From contig JBBCGO010000001.1 in the NCBI GenBank assembly GCA_037200925.1, positions 317,248-381,247 on the forward strand: a DNA stretch of 64,000 nt, given 5' to 3'. Position 1 is the stretch's first letter, and each line of letters opens with the position of its first letter. A program made the translations under genes and the position numbers. Under the pieces are notes generated by a model, which saw nothing but the letters and a program-made list of their open reading frames with translations, did not search any database and had not been told where the DNA came from. This document shows, in pieces, positions 31,092 to 40,042 of this stretch. This DNA comes from Candidatus Doudnabacteria bacterium (GTDB lineage: Bacteria; Patescibacteriota; Doudnabacteria; UBA920; O2-02-FULL-48-8).

Positions 31092-31109
31092 GTAATGCTT
31101 AATTTGGAT

Positions 31110-31697
31110 TTAATTGTTCTTGTCAGGAGGACATGGCTTGCCCATGTTCGGATCACAAGGATTTAGGCCATTAAGGTTGTTCTGATTTGCTTGAGATTGA
31201 GTAAATTTGAAAGTGGAAATTATCTGTTTGAATTCAGCGATCTTATCATTATTTTTCCCGTCAAAAGTTATAAACCTTACTTCTATGGCAGCGCCGGTGC
31301 TGGACTGGAAAGTAACCTCATATGAGATCCCTCCTGTTGGAGAGGCTGTCACTACCGGGGATTCATAAGCCGTAATTCCATTTACTTTGGTCTTATTTGG
31401 TATGTTTGCGAAATTCTTGTTCAAAAGGAAATCCATCGTGGAATAAGCTGAAGAAAAAGCCGGAGCCTGGGTACTGCCAAACATGCTGACCACATTCTTT
31501 GAAACGCTGTAATTGGAAGGGTACATTATCTGAAATCCATATTGAGCGTTCGTATACGTCTGCCAATCAGCCATTGAAACCGTTGAAGGAGCCGGTTGTT
31601 GTGTTTGCTGATTTTGGGCAGGTTGAACAGCCGCTTGTTGGTTGCAGGCCGCGGCCACTAATATTATTGAAGCTGTAACTGCCAGGATCTTTTTCAT
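31110..31697 (-). CDS. lipoprotein, YTN-motif family
   Basis: MKKILAVTASIILVAAAC lipobox, then DWQTYTNAQYGFQIMYPSNY. Confidence 0.65.
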   Translation of the reverse strand: MKKILAVTASIILVAAACNQQAAVQPAQNQQTQQPAPSTVSMADWQTYTNAQYGFQIMYPSNYSVSKNVVSMFGSTQAPAFSSAYSTMDFLLNKNFANIPNKTKVNGITAYESPVVTASPTGGISYEVTFQSSTGAAIEVRFITFDGKNNDKIAEFKQIISTFKFTQSQANQNNLNGLNPCDPNMGKPCPPDKNN

Positions 31698-31698
31698 A

Positions 31699-32340
31699 TT
31701 ATTTTTGTTTAATTTCTAATGTTTTAATTATATTGGTCATATCAATAAGCGCGGTGTTCAAACTTGCGCTGCCCTTCACGGGCAAACTGTTCACGTCCTT
31801 TGAATTATAAGCCATTGTCACTACCAAACCGGGAGGCTGATCATCTGTGTAATAATTGAAGTAGCCATTTCTGCTGTCCGTCAGATAAGAAAAATACCAA
31901 ACAGTAGAACCATTGGTCGGAACATTACAGTAATCTTTTTTGTCAGCAGCGGCAACATACAGATCCGCTCGGGAATAGTCATCAAATGCCGGATTTTTTT
32001 CTGAAGTCCCGCAGGGAGGGCTTGGCTGTTCGGTCACAACAGCATCAGCGCTTGGCGCCCCCATGGCAATTTCCGCAAAACGACCTCCCTCAACACCGCT
32101 GGCTTGTGAAGCCTGAGTGTTAACATAAAGAATATAGTTTCCCTTGGTAATATTGACCGCTGCGGAATTTGAACCGGCCTGAGCGGCTGTCCATCCGGCA
32201 GGGATCGTGATTTTCATGAATTGATTTTCGTAAACCTGGCTCTGTGGCGGCGGAGGTGGAGTAGGCTGAACAGCCGCTTGTTTGTTGCAAGCCGCGGCAA
32301 GTAGCAAAATTCCGATTGTAGCTACAAAAATCTTTTTCAT
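31699..32340 (-). CDS. lipoprotein, hypothetical
   Basis: MKKIFVATIGILLLAAACNKQAAVQP lipobox. The leader is near-identical to those of neighbours 31110-31697 and 36021-36587. Confidence 0.6.
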   Translation of the reverse strand: MKKIFVATIGILLLAAACNKQAAVQPTPPPPPQSQVYENQFMKITIPAGWTAAQAGSNSAAVNITKGNYILYVNTQASQASGVEGGRFAEIAMGAPSADAVVTEQPSPPCGTSEKNPAFDDYSRADLYVAAADKKDYCNVPTNGSTVWYFSYLTDSRNGYFNYYTDDQPPGLVVTMAYNSKDVNSLPVKGSASLNTALIDMTNIIKTLEIKQK

Positions 32341-32344
32341 AAAA

Positions 32345-33175
32345 TTATTTTTCCCGTCTCTTAACTATAAACTTATTAGATTTCTTTTTATCTCGTGTCT
32401 TTACGCCCAAAGCGTGTTTGCCCCACGGGGTTTTCGGGTATTTCAAACCGATAGGATTATGCCCTTCGCCCCCGCCGTGCGGGTGGTCTATCGGGTTCAT
32501 GGCCTTGCCGCGGACCGAAGGCCGGACTCCCATGTGGCGGACTCTCCCTGCCTTGCCGATCCGCACATACATCCAGTCAGTGTTGGAAACCTGTCCGATC
32601 GTGGCGTACGATTTGACCGGTACTTTGCGAAGCTCGCTGGAAGGCAGTTTCAGAGTCGTGTAATCCGGCTCCTGGGCAGCGACGATTGCATATGTTCCGG
32701 CAGATCTGGCGAGCAAGCCTCCCTGCCCGCCCAAAATTTCCACATTATGGACATTAGTGCCGAGGGGGATGTGTTTGAGCATCATGCGGTTTCCCGGCTT
32801 GATCTCCGCGCGTTCGGAAGTCACCAGAACTTCGCCCATCTTTACTCCGTCAGGTGCGAGAATGTACCGTCTTTCGCCGTCGCGGTAAGCCAAAAGGGAA
32901 ATGAACGCCGAACGGCCCGGATCGTATTCCAAAGTTTTGACGATTGCCGGAATATCCATCTTGTCGCGCTTAAAATCTATCAGGCGGTTTATCTGCTTAT
33001 GCCCGCCGCCCTGGTGGCGGATAGTGATCTTACCCTGGTTGTTGCGACCCGCGGTGCGGGCGGCTGATCGCATCAAAGATTTCACGGGTTTGGAATTTTT
33101 GGTCAAAACCGAATAATCCGTCACGGAATGGATGCGGCGGCCGGGTGAAGTTGGTTTGTAAATCTTGATAGCCAT
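32345..33175 (-). CDS. rplB: 50S ribosomal protein L2
   Basis: Canonical L2 (GRNNQGKITIRHQGGGHK...). Confidence 0.9.
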   Translation of the reverse strand: MAIKIYKPTSPGRRIHSVTDYSVLTKNSKPVKSLMRSAARTAGRNNQGKITIRHQGGGHKQINRLIDFKRDKMDIPAIVKTLEYDPGRSAFISLLAYRDGERRYILAPDGVKMGEVLVTSERAEIKPGNRMMLKHIPLGTNVHNVEILGGQGGLLARSAGTYAIVAAQEPDYTTLKLPSSELRKVPVKSYATIGQVSNTDWMYVRIGKAGRVRHMGVRPSVRGKAMNPIDHPHGGGEGHNPIGLKYPKTPWGKHALGVKTRDKKKSNKFIVKRREK

Positions 33176-33176
33176 A

Positions 33177-33599
33177 TTATACTCCTTCGGATAATCCTGC
33201 TATCCGTTCTCCGCTCTTTAAAGTAACTATTGCTTTCTTCCAATCCTGGGTTCTTCCCACTGACTTGCCTTGGCGGCGGTTCTTGCCGGAAACATTTATC
33301 ATATTGACCGCAGAGACATGCACGTCATATACAGCCTCAACCGCTTTTTTGACCTCTATCTTATTGGCGGTCTTGGCTACTTTGAAAACATATCGGCCGA
33401 TGGAGGAAAACTGGTTGGTTTTTTCCGACAAATGATAACGATGCAGAATATGATGCGCACGACCCGTGTTTTCTTTCAAAACAGTCGGCGTTGAATCGGT
33501 CTTTCCTGCAACAGGTTCTTTGACCAAATCCAAAACATTGTCCTCTTTCGGGGCTTTCTTGCTGCCTTGTTTGCTTTTAAATCTGTCTAAGAGCGCCAT
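33177..33599 (-). CDS. rplW: 50S ribosomal protein L23 (with N-terminal extension)
   Basis: L23 core in the canonical position. Confidence 0.8.
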   Translation of the reverse strand: MALLDRFKSKQGSKKAPKEDNVLDLVKEPVAGKTDSTPTVLKENTGRAHHILHRYHLSEKTNQFSSIGRYVFKVAKTANKIEVKKAVEAVYDVHVSAVNMINVSGKNRRQGKSVGRTQDWKKAIVTLKSGERIAGLSEGV

Positions 33600-33603
33600 A
33601 TCA

Positions 33604-34245
33604 TTAAACTTTTAAATACGTTTTCTCAATAATTGGCAACGCATCTTTCAAAACCAATACATCATGCTTCAAAAGATCCAAAACATTCAGCCGATCGGCG
33701 TATAGGACTTTCACATTTTCCAGATTTCGCGCAGCCCGTTCCAGGTCTTTATTATGCGTGGCCAGAACCAGCAAATATTTCTTGCCGAACTCGGCTTTGC
33801 CGGCAACAACCGCCAGTTTTGCCGCCAGTTCTTTCGATTTGGCGGTATTATCAAAACTTTCCACGATAACTAACTTATGCTCATTGACCTTGTCGGTCAA
33901 AACGCTGAACATTGCTTTTCTTTGGGCTGACTTGTTCATTTTCAAGGACCAATTGCGGGCGCTGGTCGGGCCAAAAGTGACTCCGCCGTGCCGCCAAATA
34001 GGCGAACGGACCGAGCCGGCTCTGGCGCGTCCGGTGCCTTTTTGCTTCCACGGCTTTTTGCCGGAACCGGCTACCTCGCCGCGGTTTTTCGTATGGGCGA
34101 TCGACCGGCGGGCGTTATTTCTCTGCGTTCGCACAGCCGAGTGGACCAGATTACCGTCAATTTTTTCAATGCCAAAGATCTTCGGATTCAGGTCCAGTTC
34201 CGTTACTTTTTCGCCTGTTTGGTTGTAGACTGATGTTTTTGCCAT
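33604..34245 (-). CDS. rplD: 50S ribosomal protein L4
   Basis: Canonical L4. Confidence 0.85.
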   Translation of the reverse strand: MAKTSVYNQTGEKVTELDLNPKIFGIEKIDGNLVHSAVRTQRNNARRSIAHTKNRGEVAGSGKKPWKQKGTGRARAGSVRSPIWRHGGVTFGPTSARNWSLKMNKSAQRKAMFSVLTDKVNEHKLVIVESFDNTAKSKELAAKLAVVAGKAEFGKKYLLVLATHNKDLERAARNLENVKVLYADRLNVLDLLKHDVLVLKDALPIIEKTYLKV

Positions 34246-34246
34246 A

Positions 34247-34840
34247 TTAGTTCCTAATCAAATTAGGGCAATCAGTAAACACACCGTCTATCTGAAATTC
34301 TTTAAGCTTTTCAAATCTTTCCCGGTCATTTACTGTCCAGATGAAGATCTTTTTATTCAGCTTTTTCAGATACTCGATCGTGATCCTGTTGCAAAAAAAC
34401 GATTTTGGATGAATGGAATAAAGCTGCAGAGTGCGGTCCAGCTTCGGAATGAGCGGAAGAAGAAAAAAATTCTCTCCCAGTATCAGCCCGAGTTTGATAT
34501 TTTCATCCAAACTTCTGATCTTCTTCAGTATCGACGGATACTTGGAGGAAACCAGAACTTCAGAGGAAAAATTCTTAAGCAATTCTACGAGCTGGGTTTC
34601 AAAACCCGTCTCTTTAACTTCCAGGTTCAGCGCAACCTTCGCGACCCGAAGCAGTTCTTCCAAGGTTGCCGGCTGGTTGTGTTTGTTCAAAAAATTATGG
34701 CACAGAACGATCTGGCCGTCGGAATTGAGGCGCAAGTCGGTTTCAAGCATGTCCACTCCCAGCTCCTGCGCTTTTTGAAAAGAACGGATAGTATTCTCAG
34801 GTTCCAGGCTTGGCGCTCCTCTGTGTCCTATTATTAGCAT
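34247..34840 (-). CDS. glycerophosphodiester phosphodiesterase (GDPD family), inserted between rplC and rplD
   Basis: MLIIGHRGAPSLEPENTIRSFQKAQELGVDMLETDLRLNSDGQIVLCHN - the GDPD catalytic motifs HRG...ENT...E.D. Confidence 0.75.
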   Translation of the reverse strand: MLIIGHRGAPSLEPENTIRSFQKAQELGVDMLETDLRLNSDGQIVLCHNFLNKHNQPATLEELLRVAKVALNLEVKETGFETQLVELLKNFSSEVLVSSKYPSILKKIRSLDENIKLGLILGENFFLLPLIPKLDRTLQLYSIHPKSFFCNRITIEYLKKLNKKIFIWTVNDRERFEKLKEFQIDGVFTDCPNLIRN

Positions 34841-34898
34841 AAATATTGAATTTTGATTTTAGTTTTTAACCTGTCGCGCATGATCGTCAACGTTGTTA

Positions 34899-35504
34899 CT
34901 AACTCTGCGTCTGGATCCTGACTATACCGCCGTTTGCGCCCGGAACCGCTCCTTTCACTGCTATCAGATTTCTCTTGAGGTCCACATCCACGACTTCCAG
35001 ATTGATGACTGTCCGCACGCCGCCCATGCGTCCGGCCATATGCAAACCTTTTCTGACATGCTGGGGAAACCTGCCGCCGATGGCGCCCACGGCTCTCGGA
35101 TGGTCATGGCCGTGGGAAGCCGGCGCGCCTTTGAACCTGTAACGCTTGATCGGTCCTGCAAATCCCCGGCCTTTCATTTCTGCCGTAACTTTCACCTTGT
35201 CGCCGACGGCAAACGCGTCAACTTTTATCTCCTGGCCTTTTTCAAAACTGTCTTTTTCGGAAATTCTGAATTCCGCCAAAGTTTTAAATGCGCCCGCCTC
35301 TTTGCCGTGCCCTAGTTCTGCTTTGTTTGCGTTCTTCTTCTTGCCAAACCCAACCTGCACGGCCTGGTATTTGTCTTTATCCAAGGTTTTGACCTGCACG
35401 ACTTTGACCGGTCCTGCCAAAAGAATGGTTACGGGCACGACCTTGCCGTCTTTCGTGAACATCTGCGACATATTCAGTTTTTCAGCGAGAATGAATTTGG
35501 ACAT
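34899..35504 (-). CDS. rplC: 50S ribosomal protein L3
   Basis: Canonical L3. Confidence 0.9.
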   Translation of the reverse strand: MSKFILAEKLNMSQMFTKDGKVVPVTILLAGPVKVVQVKTLDKDKYQAVQVGFGKKKNANKAELGHGKEAGAFKTLAEFRISEKDSFEKGQEIKVDAFAVGDKVKVTAEMKGRGFAGPIKRYRFKGAPASHGHDHPRAVGAIGGRFPQHVRKGLHMAGRMGGVRTVINLEVVDVDLKRNLIAVKGAVPGANGGIVRIQTQS

Positions 35505-35510
35505 AAATTT

Positions 35511-35563
35511 GGCTTAAAGAAAAACCATTCAGATCCCAGAAAGCTTCAGAAACCTGAATGGTT
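35511..35563 (-). terminator. terminator/attenuator-like hairpin plus U-run between rpsJ and rplC
   Basis: Minus strand: AACCATTCAG-(21 nt)-CTGAATGGTT followed by TTTTCTTT, immediately upstream of the rplC start. Confidence 0.4.
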
Positions 35564-35618
35564 CTTCTTCGTTGGCGATTTCCGGGAGGATCTATCCAAC
35601 ATACACTATTATAATTTT

Positions 35619-35945
35619 TTACATTTTGATCTCTATATCCACTCCTGCCGGCAAATTCAGATTACTTAATGCATCAATTGTTTTCGGCGTAGGAGAAGCA
35701 ATATCTATCAGGCGCTTATGAATGCGCATCTCAAACTGCTCGCGGGCATTCTTATGCACGAAGGTCGAGCGGTTCACGGTATACTTTGTCTTTTCAGTCG
35801 GAAGCGGAACAGGCCCGATGACCGCAGCGCCTGTTCGCTTGGCAGTTTCTACGATCTGCTTCGCGGACTGGTCTATCAGCTTATGGTCATAAGCCCGGAT
35901 CTTGATCCTTATTCTGCCTTTATTCTCGTCAGTATCTTGCGCCAT
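35619..35945 (-). CDS. rpsJ: 30S ribosomal protein S10
   Basis: Canonical S10. Confidence 0.9.
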   Translation of the reverse strand: MAQDTDENKGRIRIKIRAYDHKLIDQSAKQIVETAKRTGAAVIGPVPLPTEKTKYTVNRSTFVHKNAREQFEMRIHKRLIDIASPTPKTIDALSNLNLPAGVDIEIKM

Positions 35946-36020
35946 CTGGTTTGTAAATATTACTTAACGCTCTTGTTAAAATACACATTTTCGAAGGGTT
36001 TGTCAACACCGGAAGGGATG

Positions 36021-36587
36021 TTATTTGGTAAATTTAACACTGGCCAGAATATAGTTTAATATTTGATCGTTCGTGGAATTTTTAAATCTGTTATCATAAG
36101 AAATCGCCAAGTAATTGTTAGCTGAAAAAGGAATCGAGATAAGTTGTTCCTTCGCGTCCGAAATACTGGTCGCTTGCTTGCCGCCGACGGTCAATTGCGT
36201 AGGGTTCCCTAATTTGCTTAAATTTCCCGTACCATTACCAACACTAAGCGAAAATATACAAACCGCCGAGGCCAAATTCTGCGGGTCAAAACAAGATTTT
36301 GATTCACTGACCAGCTTTAATCCCGAAACAAAAAGTGGGGATGGCTGCATAATTTCCATTTGTAAGCTTGTCGGATACTTGAACTCAAATCCATATTGCG
36401 CATTGGTATAAGTTTTCCAACCTGCTGTCGGGTCAGTTGTGGGGGCAGGGGCTGGTGCAGGAGTTTGAGTTACCGGCTGCGGGGCGGGAGCGGGCTGAAC
36501 AGCCGCCTGATTGTTGCAAGCCGCGGCGAGGAGCAAAACTGCTGATGTAATTACTAGAATCTTCTTCATAACTTCCAACCTAACCAA
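36021..36587 (-). CDS. lipoprotein, YTN-motif family, inserted between tuf and rpsJ
   Basis: Likely start MKKILVITSAVLLLAAAC at 36569, then GWKTYTNAQYGFEFKYPTSL. Confidence 0.65.
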   Translation of the reverse strand: MVRLEVMKKILVITSAVLLLAAACNNQAAVQPAPAPQPVTQTPAPAPAPTTDPTAGWKTYTNAQYGFEFKYPTSLQMEIMQPSPLFVSGLKLVSESKSCFDPQNLASAVCIFSLSVGNGTGNLSKLGNPTQLTVGGKQATSISDAKEQLISIPFSANNYLAISYDNRFKNSTNDQILNYILASVKFTK

Positions 36588-36627
36588 AGGACTACTTGGG
36601 GTTTCCTCAAGTAGTCCTTTATTTTTT
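36587..36627. terminator. 12-bp perfect hairpin downstream of tuf (bidirectional terminator-like)
   Basis: AAGGACTACTTG-gggtttcct-CAAGTAGTCCTT flanked by A/T runs. Confidence 0.45.
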
Positions 36628-37813
36628 ACTTTGTGATCTTGAGCACTACGCCGGCTCCTACGGTGTGTCCGCCTTCGCGGATGGCGAAACGCATCTTCTC
36701 TTCCATGGCCACGGGTGTGATCAATTTAATTTTTAAGGTAACGGTGTCGCCCGGCATGACCATTTCCTGCCCTGCTGGCAGTTCAACTTCTCCGGTCACG
36801 TCAGTGGTTCGGATATAAAATTGGGGTTTGTAGCCTTTGAAGAAAGGAGTATGACGGCCGCCTTCTTCCTTGGTCAGAATGTAGACTTCAGCGTCAAATT
36901 CAGTGTGAGGGGTCACAGAACCCGGCTTGGCCAAAACTTGTCCGCGTTCAACATCTTCTTTCTTGGTGCCGCGGAGCAAAACCCCGGCATTGTCGCCGGC
37001 CCGGCCTTCTTCCAATTGCTTGTTGAACATTTCAATACCGGTCACAACCGTCTTTGTGGTCGGGCGGATGCCGACGATCTCAATTTCTTCGCCGATCTTG
37101 ACTATGCCGCGTTCAATTCTTCCTGTGACCACAGTGCCGCGTCCTTCAATTGAAAAAATATCTTCTATCGGCATCAGATATGGCTTGTCGGTTTCTCGCA
37201 CCGGTTCAGGGATATAAGTGTCCAATGCTTCTACCAATTTCAGAATTGAAGGCTCGCCGATCTCTGACTGGTCGCCTTCCAACGCTTTGAGCGCGGAACC
37301 GCGGATGATAGGAGTATCTTTTCCCGGAAAGCCGTATTTGGTCAAAAGGTCGCGAATTTCTTCTTCCACCAGATCAAGCAATTCCTTGTCATCCACCATA
37401 TCCACTTTGTTCATATAAACCACGATGTAAGGAACGCCAACCTGCTTGGCAAGCAAAATATGTTCGCGGGTCTGAGGCATGGGACCGTCAGTTGCTGACA
37501 CGACCAAGATCGCGCCGTCCATCTGGGCTGCACCCGTGATCATATTCTTGATGTAATCTGCGTGTCCCGGACAGTCCACGTGCGCATAGTGGCGCTTGTC
37601 TGATTCGTATTCAACGTGCGTGGTGTTGATGGTTATACCGCGCGCCTTTTCTTCCGGTGATTTATCAATATCATCATACGCGCGGGCCTTAGCCTTGCCG
37701 GTTTTGGCCAGCACGTTGGTGATTGCCGCAGTCAATGTAGTCTTGCCATGGTCAACGTGGCCAATGGTGCCGATGTTGATATGCGGTTTGGAACGGTCAA
37801 ATTTCTCTGCCAT
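36626..37813 (-). CDS. tuf: elongation factor Tu
   Basis: [13 protein letters not shown]...DCPGHADY... Confidence 0.95.
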   Translation of the reverse strand: MAEKFDRSKPHINIGTIGHVDHGKTTLTAAITNVLAKTGKAKARAYDDIDKSPEEKARGITINTTHVEYESDKRHYAHVDCPGHADYIKNMITGAAQMDGAILVVSATDGPMPQTREHILLAKQVGVPYIVVYMNKVDMVDDKELLDLVEEEIRDLLTKYGFPGKDTPIIRGSALKALEGDQSEIGEPSILKLVEALDTYIPEPVRETDKPYLMPIEDIFSIEGRGTVVTGRIERGIVKIGEEIEIVGIRPTTKTVVTGIEMFNKQLEEGRAGDNAGVLLRGTKKEDVERGQVLAKPGSVTPHTEFDAEVYILTKEEGGRHTPFFKGYKPQFYIRTTDVTGEVELPAGQEMVMPGDTVTLKIKLITPVAMEEKMRFAIREGGHTVGAGVVLKITK

Positions 37814-37987
37814 ACAAAATAGCCTTATTTTATTAAGGTTTAAGCGCTTATCATTCTGATCCTAAGCCAAGGATCTTTCGACCATGACACTTGGCCAAGT
37901 TCAGGATGAGGGCTCAAAACCTATATTTAATTATAGTCACTTGGAGATTATATAGGATTTGGAGGGCCTTAGCAAGTCCTCCAACCC

Positions 37988-38016
37988 TTGTGGATAAATA
38001 CCCTAAATGATATGCT
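37988..38016 (+). promoter_or_regulatory. candidate sigma70-like promoter for plus-strand islet 1
   Basis: TTGTGG-17 nt-TATGCT upstream of the SD AAGGAGGA and GTG 38040. Weak match. Confidence 0.25.
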
Positions 38017-38039
38017 AGGAAACCATAAGGAGGACGTTT

Positions 38040-38354
38040 GTGATTGATCCTACTGAGGAGACCATCCTGGCGATCACCGTATATTTGAAAAGACAACGCG
38101 CTATCTTTGAAACAATGAGCCAAGGCCTGGATGAAAATGCAAACCTATTCAAGGAAACCCTTGCCCAGATAGATGAGGCCATCGCCCATCTGCAGGCTGG
38201 CGCTTTTTCTCGGACAATCAGTCTATTAGAGGAACAACGTCACATTACCTCGAAGATAAATTTAAACACGATCGAAAAAGATGAGGTCAACAGAGTAGTG
38301 TTTAAACTGCTGGACGAATGGCTCAGAGTTCTTAAAAAACAGATCCAGTCATAA
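38040..38354 (+). CDS. hypothetical protein (104 aa), islet 1 gene 1
   Basis: GTG start 10 nt after AAGGAGGA; helical; no recognisable domain. Confidence 0.5.
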   Translation: MIDPTEETILAITVYLKRQRAIFETMSQGLDENANLFKETLAQIDEAIAHLQAGAFSRTISLLEEQRHITSKINLNTIEKDEVNRVVFKLLDEWLRVLKKQIQS

Positions 38355-38395
38355 GCTAAGTTTCTGGAATAATCGGGTCAAAAAGGAGGGCTTAA

Positions 38396-38788
38396 TTGCC
38401 CAAGAACATACGACCGCGGGTGAACCGGCTGGCCCGAAACAAGCAAGACGACAAACTTAGCTTTGTGATCAAAGAGGTCGAAGAATATGTGAGAGCCAGG
38501 ATCAAGTTGCATACAAAGGCAGCTCGGCGAAAAGGCGATAAGCTCTTGGCTCAAATTTTTCTGGTCCAAGACAAAAATGCCCTGAAATATTTGAACACGG
38601 GGCATCTGCCGAAAGTAGTTCAATTCCTGGCCGACGAACAGGAACTGTGCCGGGAGTTGGCCAAGAGCGCCCGCGAGGTAATGAAAGAGTTGCCGCGAGC
38701 CCAGCTCCTGGTACAAATCCGTGAGGCCCAGATCGAAGCTGAAATGGTCGGTCAGTGGATCAAGGTTCTTTCCAAACAACAGCGATGA
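38396..38788 (+). CDS. hypothetical protein (130 aa), islet 1 gene 2
   Basis: TTG start after AAAGGAGGG; basic helical protein. Confidence 0.5.
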   Translation: MPKNIRPRVNRLARNKQDDKLSFVIKEVEEYVRARIKLHTKAARRKGDKLLAQIFLVQDKNALKYLNTGHLPKVVQFLADEQELCRELAKSAREVMKELPRAQLLVQIREAQIEAEMVGQWIKVLSKQQR

Positions 38789-38890
38789 TCTGCCAAGATC
38801 AGCTGCCCCGCCCGCCCAAGCTAAATGCTGCTGCGGGTTCTTTTTTTATACAAAAAAATGATATACTGGAGGCCAAACAAGGAGGAGGAT

Positions 38891-39337
38891 GTGAAATACA
38901 TGATAGGACTCTTCCGAAGACTGCGTGCTTTGATGCCCGGCAGAAAAGACTGGTATCTAGGAACTTGGGGGCCTGATGTTTGCAAAGGTACGTGGAACTT
39001 TGACAACGGACGAGCCGTAATATTCGAACTTACTCCGCTCATATCCGTGGCTCGCTACCATACCCAAAGGGAAGCCGAGGATATAGCGTTGTATCTCAAT
39101 CAGGTAAATTTTTGCATTGTGCGGCCGGACAAAAGCATCTACGACGCGCCTGTGAGGATGCTGACCCTTTCGCCTGAAAACGACAGGTGGAACAAAATGG
39201 CTCTGGGCATCGCAGACAAGAAAACGCACGCTTGGCCGTTTGATTCCATCATAGGAGGACCGAATGAAGATCGAGCTCAACCTTTCGATAAGGGTGACGC
39301 AACAAATCCAAACGCTTCCTCTGATCAGGCGGTTTAG
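38891..39337 (+). CDS. hypothetical protein (about 148 aa), islet 1 gene 3
   Basis: Track ORF 38825-39337 trimmed to the GTG at 38891 (or ATG at 38900) preceded by AAGGAGGAGG. Overlaps the next gene by 74 nt. Confidence 0.45.
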   Translation: MKYMIGLFRRLRALMPGRKDWYLGTWGPDVCKGTWNFDNGRAVIFELTPLISVARYHTQREAEDIALYLNQVNFCIVRPDKSIYDAPVRMLTLSPENDRWNKMALGIADKKTHAWPFDSIIGGPNEDRAQPFDKGDATNPNASSDQAV

Positions 39338-39554
39338 GAAAAAGATCGAGATCGACCTGCCCGAGGGAGCCACGGTCGCGGATGTGAAGCTCGGACCAAA
39401 CAACGAGATCCGCGTCTCAATAAATGCCGATGGGATTGTCAACGAAGCCAGTTTCTGGAAGCTGGATCTTGATTGGCAACCGAACGGTCTGGCTTACACC
39501 AAGCAGATGGCACGGCCTATTGATCCGGAAGCCTGGCGCGCGGCCGTGGACTAA
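39264..39554 (+). CDS. hypothetical protein (96 aa), islet 1 gene 4
   Basis: ATG preceded by TAGGAGGA. Confidence 0.5.
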   Translation: MKIELNLSIRVTQQIQTLPLIRRFRKKIEIDLPEGATVADVKLGPNNEIRVSINADGIVNEASFWKLDLDWQPNGLAYTKQMARPIDPEAWRAAVD

Positions 39555-39572
39555 TGATTATCCGGAGGAGAC

Positions 39573-39791
39573 ATGAACAGACTGACCCGCTCAGAACGCT
39601 CAATCGGTCTGCGGCAGGCTCAACAGTCGAACCCGGAGCATTTCGCCGCCAAGTTCGAACTCGAACAGAACTATCGCAAAAAAGTCAGGAACGGTAAGCT
39701 GGTTCTGCTTGCGATCGTTGTTGTGGTTGTCTGGTGGCCTGATATCTTCAGATCAATAAGCCGGATCATGCACATGGTCGCTCGCAACTGA
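39573..39791 (+). CDS. hypothetical small membrane protein (72 aa), islet 1 gene 5
   Basis: SD GGAGGAG; one TM helix LVLLAIVVVVVWW. Confidence 0.45.
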   Translation: MNRLTRSERSIGLRQAQQSNPEHFAAKFELEQNYRKKVRNGKLVLLAIVVVVVWWPDIFRSISRIMHMVARN

Positions 39792-39817
39792 CGACCTGCC
39801 GCGAGGAGGAAAACTCC

Positions 39818-39955
39818 GTGTACTACCCGTCCCGATTCGACCGCTTCATCGTGCGCTTGGCCTACTGGGCCGGATGGCTCACTGATGTGGACAAAGAACT
39901 GGTGCAAGCCTTTCTGAACTCGCCCAGACACCCGCCCAAACTCACGCCAAAGTGA
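39818..39955 (+). CDS. hypothetical small protein (45 aa), islet 1 gene 6
   Basis: GTG 39818 preceded by GAGGAGGA at 8 nt; VYYPSRFDRFIVRLAYWAGWLTDVDKELVQAF... Confidence 0.3.
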   Translation: MYYPSRFDRFIVRLAYWAGWLTDVDKELVQAFLNSPRHPPKLTPK

Positions 39956-40002
39956 ATTTGGGTCTTTTTTTTGCTCATGACTTTGCTGCTGAGCATTATC
40001 TG

Positions 40003-40036
40003 GAACAAAAAACCGCCTTTCGGCGGTTTTAAAATT
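40003..40036. terminator. bidirectional intrinsic terminator shared by islet 1 (+) and fusA (-)
   Basis: AAAAAACCGCC-tttc-GGCGGTTTTAAAATTTT. Confidence 0.65.
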
Positions 40037-40042
40037 TTAAGT

